Origin: an uncultured Gammaproteobacteria bacterium
GTDB lineage: Bacteria > Patescibacteriota > Microgenomatia > UBA1406 > GWC2-37-13
DNA: 44,353 nt
Reading direction: 5' to 3'
Assembly (NCBI GenBank): GCA_964566675.1
Contig: CAZMJG010000001.1
Coordinates: 1 to 44,353 of the forward strand
The notes below the pieces were generated by a model. It did no database searches. It was not told the DNA's origin and worked only from the letters and a program-made list of their open reading frames with translations. Each line of letters opens with the position of its first letter. The stretch's first letter is position 1. The position numbers and the translations under genes are program-made. Below are positions 1 to 8,396 of the stretch, one piece after another.

Positions 1-56
1 GAGAGTAATGCTCACTACGTGTCGCAAACTCTCAGTGCAAGCCTTCCACCGCTCAT
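1..56 (-). repeat. Partial copy (C0) of the structured repeat also found at 14577-14700 and 44273-44353; truncated by the window start
   Basis: Hand alignment to 14628-14685 shares AGTAAT.CTCACT, AAACT and AGTGCAAGC. The stem GAGAGT(1-6)/ACTCTC(28-33) with a 21-nt loop mirrors the stem at 14625-14633/14655-14663. Confidence 0.6.
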
Positions 57-111
57 ATATCTTCCTTTGTTATTCTGTTGATTTCTCTTACATTTCTGAT
101 GATAATGAATA

Positions 112-1263
112 ATGTCACTTCCTAAAGAACTTACAACAGTAACACGATTTTCCAAATTTTTTGCGCTATTTTTGTTTGTCGCGCTGCCTTTTTTGACTTT
201 TCTGTTTGGGATGAATGCACGACGGGTTCCTAAAATTGTCAAATTACACCAGAAATCTACGCCTTCACCGACACTCATATATACAAGTCCTCCACGGATT
301 CCGTTACCGCTTGTATACTCGACAAATGCTGACTACGTAGTACGTCCAGAGATTTCACCTCAAAAAGATGGGTCTTATGAACTAGTGTTCACGATTCGTC
401 ACAGAGCCGAGAGTACTGAACTTGTGACACAAGACATTGTTCATACAGATACACAAAACAGCATATTATGGAAAGAAAAAGTCAATGATATGTTTAAAAG
501 ACGTCTTGACAGATTTGCCAAAGAGTATGAGCCCTTAGCAAAGGATGGACGGCCAGATCTTGCCACATGGTCTTCTGATGATAAAAAAATTGCTCTCTAT
601 CTGCCCGATAAAATTGTAATTATGGATGTATCGATACATGTCGCAGAAAAAGAGACGGAAGGACATACATACAATCATCATATTATTACTGTAGATAAGT
701 CGGATAGTATACAGATTCCTATTTTAGACGCCTCTATATACGATCCAGAATTATTTTTTTCTGGTGATGGAAGTGAGCTGTATTACAAATCATCTCCCGA
801 TACCTTTCAATATCAGAGGATAGATCTTTCTACCTTAATAGTTTCGAATGTAGATGTGAGTTATCCATATCCTATTCCCCGCTCAAAAGGCTTTGTATAT
901 TGGGAAAAGACAGATTCATATGAACAGCATACAATGGTTGTGTATACAGGAGATACGAAGAAAAGATACACCATTAAGCAGTCATTTGATTATGCCGATA
1001 AGATACTCCTTTCACCACAAAAAGATAACGTATGTTTTGAAAATGGAAGTTCGGGATATCATGGCTATACAATATATAGTTTAGAAAGGAATGTCTCCAT
1101 TGATACAGGTATACAGTATAGTTATTGTGTGAAATGGATTGATAATAATACCGTGATCCTTAAGGAAACGCCATATTCTTTTCCAGAATATACTCAGTAT
1201 TTCACATACAATATTCAGACAAAACAAAAAACATTGTTGACACAAGAGAAAAGTGTCTATTAG
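112..1263 (+). CDS. Hypothetical membrane-anchored protein (N-terminal TM helix, no recognised domain)
   Basis: Long ORF with a hydrophobic N-terminal segment FFALFLFVALPFLTFLFG; no motif recognised. Confidence 0.6.
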   Translation: MSLPKELTTVTRFSKFFALFLFVALPFLTFLFGMNARRVPKIVKLHQKSTPSPTLIYTSPPRIPLPLVYSTNADYVVRPEISPQKDGSYELVFTIRHRAESTELVTQDIVHTDTQNSILWKEKVNDMFKRRLDRFAKEYEPLAKDGRPDLATWSSDDKKIALYLPDKIVIMDVSIHVAEKETEGHTYNHHIITVDKSDSIQIPILDASIYDPELFFSGDGSELYYKSSPDTFQYQRIDLSTLIVSNVDVSYPYPIPRSKGFVYWEKTDSYEQHTMVVYTGDTKKRYTIKQSFDYADKILLSPQKDNVCFENGSSGYHGYTIYSLERNVSIDTGIQYSYCVKWIDNNTVILKETPYSFPEYTQYFTYNIQTKQKTLLTQEKSVY

Positions 1264-1449
1264 ATATCCTCGCTATCTATATACCCCCCGATAGTATATA
1301 ATTACCTACACATACTCAATAGTCTTGTTGTTTCACTTTCAGGAACACATTTATTCTTTTTAGAAAATCTCCTCATTTCATTTTTTGTTAAGGAACTATG
1401 TATTCAGTGTATATACTGATGGGTTTTTATTAGTTTTCTACTTTCTTTT

Positions 1450-2421
1450 ATGATAGCCTACTTCATCCTGGTACATAGGTATCCAGAGCAATTTCAACGT
1501 TTACTTACTTCTGTTTATTCTCCTAAGAATTACTACTTGCTCCATGTAGATAAACGCTCAGGGAAAAAATTATATCTACAAATACAGAATATGGTAAAGC
1601 ATTACCCAAACGTTTCATTACTGGAAAGTCAGAACGTAGTATGGGGAGGCTATAGTATGGTAAATGTGGAACTCAAGGCCATCAAGAAATTGCTCGAGAT
1701 CAACACGCAGTGGGAGTATTATATAAATCTGAGCGGGCAGGATTTCCCTTTGAAATCACAGACTGCTATACAAACCTATTTAAAAAAGAACAAGGGAAAA
1801 AATTACCTAACATTTGCTAATCAGATAGAAGATCGTCCCAACACACTAAATCGCATAAAAAACTATTATATGGAATCAACTAATGGATTTAAAGGAAAGC
1901 CAGTACGACGTGCATACATGCAAGATACAACTCCTTATATTGGAGGACAATGGAAGATTCTTACTAGGGACTGTTGTGATTTTATCTCAACCAGTCGGAA
2001 AGTGTCAAAGTTTCGTGCCTACTACAGACACACACTCATACCTGATGAAAGTTTTTTCCAGACGGTGCTTATGAATACGCACTATACCGGAACACTTGTA
2101 AACGATCATAAACGAGCAATTATATGGATTCCCGATATTGCTTTGACTCAAGGTAAAAAGAAAAGTGTATATTCTACGCAGATGCTCATTGAGAGTGGAA
2201 AAATAAAACTACGTCCAAAGATCTTTACCTTAAAAGATAAGCAGTTTTTATTTACAAGTGAAGCATTATTTGCCCGGAAATTTGATCAGATAGTAGATGA
2301 TGGTATTATGCGTCTACTTGAACAAAGAATATTAAAGACAGACCTTATTCATATAAATAAAAAGGTGCAAGTATCTCGAATTGTGCCCGAACCATATTTA
2401 CAGGTTGGATTGGCAGGGTAG
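1450..2421 (+). CDS. Glycosyltransferase family 14 (Core-2/I-branching enzyme, Branch domain) protein
   Basis: N-terminal pattern IAYFILVH...YYLLHVDKRS...NVVWGGYSMV...YYINLSGQDFPL matches the Branch/GT14 signature as I recall it. Confidence 0.7.
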   Translation: MIAYFILVHRYPEQFQRLLTSVYSPKNYYLLHVDKRSGKKLYLQIQNMVKHYPNVSLLESQNVVWGGYSMVNVELKAIKKLLEINTQWEYYINLSGQDFPLKSQTAIQTYLKKNKGKNYLTFANQIEDRPNTLNRIKNYYMESTNGFKGKPVRRAYMQDTTPYIGGQWKILTRDCCDFISTSRKVSKFRAYYRHTLIPDESFFQTVLMNTHYTGTLVNDHKRAIIWIPDIALTQGKKKSVYSTQMLIESGKIKLRPKIFTLKDKQFLFTSEALFARKFDQIVDDGIMRLLEQRILKTDLIHINKKVQVSRIVPEPYLQVGLAG

Positions 2422-2422
2422 A

Positions 2423-5185
2423 TCAAATACTAGGATCAAACATGGCGGTCGATTCTTGCGCATTGGGAGGTACTTCTTCCCATTTATATACCATGATCCC
2501 TCCACTATCATGTTTTCCAAACACGTTTTCTTTATATGGTACTTCAAATGATGTATCAGAATAATGATAGTGAGTATTCAGTTGTGGATAACTACCTGAA
2601 GGGCGGATAACATCTACCTCATCAAACTCAATCTGATTTATATCAATAGTATCCCAACCCATTTGTGTTAAACGTAACTTGAGTGTATCACGTGGATCAG
2701 TACCCAATGGTTTACTCCTATGAATCGAGTGTGAATCGGCAGATCTGTCTACTCTATCATAGCTGTCGGCTTTTTCTACGATTTTATAATCAGGGATGAG
2801 CCTATATCTTCTATTATTATGCGTGGCAAAAATATCACCTCGGATGACCTCAATTTCCCTTACTGGTTCCCCTAACTTGAGTTCAAGACGACCTAGATTG
2901 TTGGCAAGTTCTCGGGCGAAACTTTCTTTGGTGTCTAAAGACCACTGATTGATAGATGGAATATCGAGATCCTCGAGTTGTCGGACTATTTCGGCTATTG
3001 GAGGTACTGATTGTACAAAGCGGCGATCTTCAATATTGTAGGTCATAATATCACCTGTATTGGCAAGATGTCGACGATATGCAGGTTGTTTATCAGGAGA
3101 AATGAGAGAAGACTTTTTCCTATCTTCCTGTATATCTTCAGCCTTATCATCTCCACGAATGATAATAATACGATCTTTAGCGGCTCGACGTAAATAATCC
3201 GCTATACGGATTTGATCTTTCCATTTGGTTTCTCGAAAAGGATAATTGAGAATAGTAACAGTTTTATCTTGATTTAAAGCCTCAATTACGGCAAAAAGGC
3301 GATCCATAGTGCGTGAGGTAGGGGTTATGGGATGACCTAATCTGTATTGATTATTTAACTCTCTCATTTCATCATCAGTAAATAAATTACTATCATTAAG
3401 TAATGTTATAATTTGGAGTTTCTCCATGCCTTGAAAAAATGAATGCGTTTTCTGACTTTTGTCGCAGTTATACAAATAAAGCTCACTTGGATCTTCATCT
3501 AAATGAACATTGATATCTCCATCTTTAGTACGAATATAGGTGGTTCCTTGCAAATTTCTTTTTTGTTCAGCAAGTATTTCTAAAAGAGAAGTACTTACTT
3601 GGTCTCCGGCTAACTCTGTCAGATATCCAGGTTCGGCAACTAGAGTACCATCTCTTAAAAACATTTTGCTATTTGCAAAACCAGCTTGAATGTTTGCAAA
3701 TACAACAGCAGTTTCAGGTGTCCTATCTGTTTTGGAAGGTCTAACGGTATGCTTGCCCATTAATGCGGCATCTATGATGTTATATTTTTTTACAATTCCC
3801 TTTTCTGGTTTTTTGAAACTGGCGTCAAATGGGTCGGCATTGATAAAACGATAATCAATGATTGCAGGTCCGTCGATACCAGGATTAAAGCCAGTGGGGT
3901 TGTTATTTCTATTGTATATATATTCTTTTTGTACTTGACCTGGGATCATTTGAATCATTGGTGCTGTTTGTCCCGTTATGAAATTTCGGTCCGGTAATTC
4001 TAAGTCTACAGTGCGGTCATGGACGAGTTCTTCTCTTTTTTTCTCACAGTAAGCATGATATTCTTCTGGGGTAACCAGCTCATTAGCCTCATACTGTGCC
4101 CAATTTATAAATGCATGAAGTTTTTCAATAATACTTTCCCTTTCAACCTTATCGGGAGAAGCTGCAACTTCTTCTACTTCATTGAGTGTCATAAAAGTAG
4201 CAAGATTTAAGGCAATCTCAAGATTTTTACCCGCAAGTCCTGTCACACTAAGGATATTTGGCAAGTAATTTGCACTTCCTTGAATACTACGGCCAGCAAT
4301 TTTTGTAACCATCTGTCTAACTTTTTCTCTAAGAGGAGTAGCGCGAGAATATTCACCTAATTCTCTTAATTTCTGCTTATATTTTTCGCCTCCCATGGCG
4401 GTCGCAATACCTACACCAGCATAAATACCAGCTTGGAGAAACTGCCGGTTGGCTATCAGTACGGAAGAATTGACCAATGTGGAGCCAACTACCGCAGGTA
4501 TTTCTGATTGCATTGCATTCATGGTAGTAAGATCTCCGGATACGTCTTGTATAAAAGATGCAAATTCTTCGCGGTCATTTAAATCACTATCTGGAATCTG
4601 GCTTATATCATAGGCTATTGCACATTTTTGTAAAGCTTTTGTGAGTAATTTTTTTAAGCTATAGGCGGAAAATTTTTCTTTAACTGGTTCAGATAGAATA
4701 TCTACGCCAATGGCTCCTGCAATAGCAACTGCTGTGAGTGAATCTTGACCATTTAAAACAGTTTCTGTTATAGTGCCTTGAAGTGCAAGATTTGCGGCCT
4801 GTTTAAGGCCAATGGTAACCAGTTTTTCACGCACAAAAGCTGCTTCAAGCGCATCTTTAAATCCTTCTTCATCATTTGGGATGACGGTAAGTAATTGATC
4901 TATATCACGGAGAGTAAGTCTGTTCGGTTTTGAGCTTGGTTGATTATATGGGTGATCAAGTTTCTCAAACATCTCAATAATTTGTCTGCCTGTACTCATC
5001 CAGAATGTTGGATCTTCTTTGCCGGTTGCAACAACTGGTTTTTCAACTTTTCTCAGTAATTTTGCACAATCCGGATGAATATAGGCTTCAAGAGTCTGTC
5101 CTCCTCTGGTGATTGTTTTAGTATTTGTCGTGTAGACGGGATAAGGATCTTTTTCACCGATAGGTATTTCACGACTTCTTTTCAA
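2423..5185 (-). CDS. Large orphan protein, main reading frame. The frame stays open without any ATG/GTG/TTG up to 5446 and probably joins the 5380-5697 ORF through the A11 tract.
   Basis: 920-aa ORF. The 87 codons upstream of the listed TTG start are open and start-less. No domain recognised. The central region has Gly/Ala-rich hydrophobic stretches (AIAGAIGVD, GIYAGVGIATAMGG). Confidence 0.75.
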   Translation of the reverse strand: MKRSREIPIGEKDPYPVYTTNTKTITRGGQTLEAYIHPDCAKLLRKVEKPVVATGKEDPTFWMSTGRQIIEMFEKLDHPYNQPSSKPNRLTLRDIDQLLTVIPNDEEGFKDALEAAFVREKLVTIGLKQAANLALQGTITETVLNGQDSLTAVAIAGAIGVDILSEPVKEKFSAYSLKKLLTKALQKCAIAYDISQIPDSDLNDREEFASFIQDVSGDLTTMNAMQSEIPAVVGSTLVNSSVLIANRQFLQAGIYAGVGIATAMGGEKYKQKLRELGEYSRATPLREKVRQMVTKIAGRSIQGSANYLPNILSVTGLAGKNLEIALNLATFMTLNEVEEVAASPDKVERESIIEKLHAFINWAQYEANELVTPEEYHAYCEKKREELVHDRTVDLELPDRNFITGQTAPMIQMIPGQVQKEYIYNRNNNPTGFNPGIDGPAIIDYRFINADPFDASFKKPEKGIVKKYNIIDAALMGKHTVRPSKTDRTPETAVVFANIQAGFANSKMFLRDGTLVAEPGYLTELAGDQVSTSLLEILAEQKRNLQGTTYIRTKDGDINVHLDEDPSELYLYNCDKSQKTHSFFQGMEKLQIITLLNDSNLFTDDEMRELNNQYRLGHPITPTSRTMDRLFAVIEALNQDKTVTILNYPFRETKWKDQIRIADYLRRAAKDRIIIIRGDDKAEDIQEDRKKSSLISPDKQPAYRRHLANTGDIMTYNIEDRRFVQSVPPIAEIVRQLEDLDIPSINQWSLDTKESFARELANNLGRLELKLGEPVREIEVIRGDIFATHNNRRYRLIPDYKIVEKADSYDRVDRSADSHSIHRSKPLGTDPRDTLKLRLTQMGWDTIDINQIEFDEVDVIRPSGSYPQLNTHYHYSDTSFEVPYKENVFGKHDSGGIMVYKWEEVPPNAQESTAMFDPSI

Positions 5186-5379
5186 ATCATCTTCACTCAG
5201 GAATATATAGTCTGGATTAGAATCTAAATCTTCAAAAACCTCAGTGGTACCTACAACATCGTATATGGTAGTAGGTGTAGGGACTACTCGACCATCTGTA
5301 TGAGGTAAGAGAAGACTCTCTTTTTTATTATAGACAGCATAGAGTGAAGGTTGGGCATTTTCGGGGTCGGTACAGGCAT

Positions 5380-5697
5380 CTAATGTATCGATAATAAGTT
5401 GGTTCGCATAATAATGAGGTTCATGTAACCTTTTTTTTTTTGCGTATTAGTTTCTATAGTATCAACTGATTGTATAGGCGTAATAAAAGCATTTGTACCT
5501 TCCTCGGTTGGCTTGTTGTATTTAAACAAATATCCTTTATGTGGAACGTAAATACCGAGCATGGAGGCTTCGACGCGGGGATGAGTTTCATTTTCTTTGG
5601 TCATTTGAAAAGCTTCAGGAGGTGCTTGAGGTTCCATATCGTGATTGCATTCATTATACAAATTTTTTTTACTTGTAAATAGAGAATGATTATGCAA
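5380..5697 (-). CDS. Probable 5' segment of the large orphan gene (likely ATG at 5637), leaving frame at the A11 tract
   Basis: This ORF reads through the A-run as Lys codons, then stops 51 nt later. The -1 frame after the run continues into the 920-aa ORF. Confidence 0.55.
   Translation of the reverse strand: MHNHSLFTSKKNLYNECNHDMEPQAPPEAFQMTKENETHPRVEASMLGIYVPHKGYLFKYNKPTEEGTNAFITPIQSVDTIETNTQKKKGYMNLIIMRTNLLSIH
5431..5441 (-). other. Homopolymer A11 (T11 on the + strand) at the frame junction of the large gene
   Basis: Counted directly: T at 5431-5441. A12 or A9 would fuse the two frames. Confidence 0.9.
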
Positions 5698-6151
5698 GAG
5701 ATTCTAGGTGATGGAGAGCTTTTCTAAAGGCTTCTTTATCGGAATCGTATGTGAGGATAGCAGGTATGTCTTTTTCTGAGGCAAATTTGGCTTCTTTTAC
5801 CTCGGCATCATGGTCTGAAGGATCCCCAGAAATATACGACATGAGATAGTAATACACTGTCTTTTTATGTAGCGTATTGCCGTATCGGAAAAAATACGTA
5901 GTAGTAAATGGTTTATCGGATATGATTTTTGCCTGTACACCGCCTTCTTCAACCACTTCACGAATAGCTGCTTCTTCAAGCTTTTCGTTGGGAATCTTGT
6001 CTCCCACATGGCCTTTTGGAAAACCCCAGTGACGAGCTTTTGAGTGCTGGATAATAAGCCATTCACGATCTGTGGCCTTATCACAATAAACCATGCCTCC
6101 GGCAGAGGTTTCGTATATAGTGTGTAAATTCACAACGTTATTGTAACACAC
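5690..6151 (-). CDS. Nudix hydrolase (Ap4A-hydrolase-like signature)
   Basis: Nudix box GFPKGHVGDKIPNEKLEEAAIREVVEEGGV. The HWGFPKGH context resembles NUDT2-type Ap4A hydrolases. Confidence 0.8.
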   Translation of the reverse strand: MCYNNVVNLHTIYETSAGGMVYCDKATDREWLIIQHSKARHWGFPKGHVGDKIPNEKLEEAAIREVVEEGGVQAKIISDKPFTTTYFFRYGNTLHKKTVYYYLMSYISGDPSDHDAEVKEAKFASEKDIPAILTYDSDKEAFRKALHHLESLA

Positions 6152-6160
6152 GAACTCTGA

Positions 6161-6316
6161 TCACATATATAAAGAGAAAGCATAGCTACATACCACAATC
6201 GCTGAAACGATGATAAACACAACACCTGCTTGAATAACCATACTTTGAGAAGGATCATGCTTTTTCTTGGGTGCAGCCGCTGGAGCCTTAGTACTTTTTG
6301 TTACTTTTTTTGCCAT
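6161..6316 (-). CDS. Small (51 aa) tail-anchored membrane protein, below the ORF-track length cutoff
   Basis: Hand translation MAKKVTKSTKAPAAAPKKKHDPSQSMVIQAGVVFIIVSAIVVCSYAFSLYM: Lys-rich N-terminus plus one TM helix. It fits tightly between the IPK and Nudix genes on the same strand. Confidence 0.4.
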   Translation of the reverse strand: MAKKVTKSTKAPAAAPKKKHDPSQSMVIQAGVVFIIVSAIVVCSYAFSLYM

Positions 6317-6403
6317 ACATTTATGAATTTATAATGATAGTTTCAGCATACGTAAAATACCTAGTCTTTGTCAAGAGAGAAAATAAAACGTTGATGGAGA
6401 GCC

Positions 6404-7213
6404 TCAAATTTTTGTAGAAGATATATAAGTTCCCGAAGAAATATCACCCAGCAATGTGTCCTTGATGAGATTTTTTTGTTTCCCGTTTATGATGATACTT
6501 GAGATGCCGGAATCGGCTAGTGCTAACATCTCCTCAATTTTTTGTTGCATGCCGCCCGTGACATCAACCATATCGGAAGTATAAAGACTTTTTTTGACTT
6601 CATCATAATTGCTGCGGGTAATTTGGGTTATAATATTTCCTTTCTGATTCATGACGCCATCATAATTGCCAGCATGAATGATAAGTTTGGGAGAAAGAGG
6701 CGTGGCTGCGTACTTTTGTGCGATTTCTCTAAACAATCGATCGGTAGAGTATACGGTTGCTCCAACGTGTGAATCTATAATCACATCACCATAGATAAAA
6801 GGTATTATTCCCAGACGTAACATATCTTCAAATACGGATAGATCAAGATGAGTAGTGTGTCGATTTTGTGCACGAATAAATGCGGAGGGTTGAAGAGAAA
6901 AAACTGGTAGTGATGCCGCATGAAAGAGGCGAGAAATAAGATGATTTAGATAGGTGGCATCCTGATGAGTAACCGCTGCTCCATACTTGCCCTCTGCTGA
7001 TGTCGCGCCATTTTTGAGTTGGTATTTGGTCGCCGATTGATGAGCGAAAGAGCCAGCACCATTGCCAAGTACAAGTTGAATTTCGGGATCTGTCTGTAGT
7101 GCTGCTGCCACTTCTTGAACGATTTGTACGACCTGGGATTCCTGAAAAGTATAGGCCTTTTTTTTATCGGTGACTAGTGAACCACCGAGTTTAAGATAGA
7201 TAATTTTTTTCAT
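6404..7213 (-). CDS. Isopentenyl phosphate kinase (amino-acid kinase fold)
   Basis: LKLGGSLVTDK, GNGAGSFAH and DVTGGM motifs, and the overall length, match archaeal/Chloroflexi IPK. Confidence 0.8.
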   Translation of the reverse strand: MKKIIYLKLGGSLVTDKKKAYTFQESQVVQIVQEVAAALQTDPEIQLVLGNGAGSFAHQSATKYQLKNGATSAEGKYGAAVTHQDATYLNHLISRLFHAASLPVFSLQPSAFIRAQNRHTTHLDLSVFEDMLRLGIIPFIYGDVIIDSHVGATVYSTDRLFREIAQKYAATPLSPKLIIHAGNYDGVMNQKGNIITQITRSNYDEVKKSLYTSDMVDVTGGMQQKIEEMLALADSGISSIIINGKQKNLIKDTLLGDISSGTYISSTKI

Positions 7214-8220
7214 AAAAGATGATCTTGTATTTCATGTGTTCCTATACACGGCTCATTGTAAATAGTTGAGTGTACCAGTGACAAACCTTGTAGTCGTTTT
7301 TCTAAAGCTGGAGCATTCTTTTTTTCGCAAATGATATGCACATTGGCTCCTGCATCGATGGAAAAATAGCTTTCAAGTCCCTCACGACGCCATTGGGTGA
7401 CTGCATTCATCACTTCGAGGGTCCCTGGCTGCCAGTAGAAAATAGGAGGCTCCGATGTCATCATGACTGTATGCATAGAGATGGTATCTGCCTCAATAAG
7501 AGGTCCGAGTACTGAAAATTTTTTATCAAGGATGGCTTTACGAGTGTGATTTATACGATCAGGAAGTTCTTTTAGCCGAGTTTCAAAATACTGGCTGCTT
7601 TCCACACGGGTATGGCCTTCACTTGAAGATATGTCTTTTTTTACTGTTGAAACAACAGCTATGAGATCGATGATATCCCAATGGGTTTCCGCTGCAATTT
7701 GATGTGCCACTGCTGCCTGATCATCGCCTTCGCTAAATTCGACAAATCCACCATACACCGAGCGTACGGCCGATCCAGAGCCCGCAAGTCGTACAAGCCG
7801 TGATAATGCTTTTTTATCTTCAAATATATCTTTTCTGCCAAAGGCTAAAAGTATAGAGGCGGTAAGCGCAGAGAAGCCAGAAGCCGAGGAGGCAATTCCC
7901 GCATCTGAAGGAAACGAATTTTCAGTATAGATTTTGATATATTGACGCTCGCCTAGCATATTTCGCAAGCGTTCAATTTGATCATAGGCTTTGGCATTTT
8001 TGCCGTGGGTTTTGGATAAAGGAATAAACGTGTTTTTTTCTTTGATATGAATAGTATCTTCTGAAGCTGAATCATCTATTTGTGCGGTGGTAGTGGTGAG
8101 GCATCCACTGAGATTCATGGAAATACTGGTGTTGTAGGGAAGGTAGAGTGTCTGATCTTTGACGCCCCAGTATTTGATAAAGGCTATATTGGCCGGGGAC
8201 TTTACGGTGACTTTTGACAT
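7210..8220 (-). CDS. Mevalonate diphosphate / phosphomevalonate decarboxylase homolog (GHMP kinase fold)
   Basis: PANIAFIKYWGVKD N-terminal signature and GIASSASGFSAL GHMP motif. There is a 4-nt overlap with the IPK gene. Confidence 0.85.
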   Translation of the reverse strand: MSKVTVKSPANIAFIKYWGVKDQTLYLPYNTSISMNLSGCLTTTTAQIDDSASEDTIHIKEKNTFIPLSKTHGKNAKAYDQIERLRNMLGERQYIKIYTENSFPSDAGIASSASGFSALTASILLAFGRKDIFEDKKALSRLVRLAGSGSAVRSVYGGFVEFSEGDDQAAVAHQIAAETHWDIIDLIAVVSTVKKDISSSEGHTRVESSQYFETRLKELPDRINHTRKAILDKKFSVLGPLIEADTISMHTVMMTSEPPIFYWQPGTLEVMNAVTQWRREGLESYFSIDAGANVHIICEKKNAPALEKRLQGLSLVHSTIYNEPCIGTHEIQDHLL

Positions 8221-8254
8221 GGATATATTATAGCGGATTCAGCCTATAAAGTAG

Positions 8255-8332
8255 AAAGTCTGTAAAGCTGAAAGTCTATAAAGTCGTAAAGTCAAAAGTC
8301 TTTATGCTTTTAGCTTTATAGACTTTCAGCTT
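8255..8332. promoter_or_regulatory. Repeat-dense divergent promoter region: six AAAG(T/C)(C/T) units at 7-9 nt spacing plus a perfect 19-bp inverted repeat
   Basis: AAAGTC at 8255, 8271, 8280, 8288 and 8295, and AAAGCT at 8264. AAGCTGAAAGTCTATAAAG (8265-8283) is the exact reverse complement of 8314-8332. Confidence 0.5.
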
Positions 8333-8396
8333 ATGGATTTTATAAACTTATAACACTATATATACACTTGATATGCTATCATAGCTCTACAACAGT

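Noticed and set aside
5690-6151. Nudix gene as type 1 isopentenyl-diphosphate isomerase completing the mevalonate module
   Set aside because: It lacks the conserved Cys-containing IDI-1 motif (NxCCSHP-type). The HWGFPKGH context fits Ap4A-hydrolase-type Nudix proteins better.
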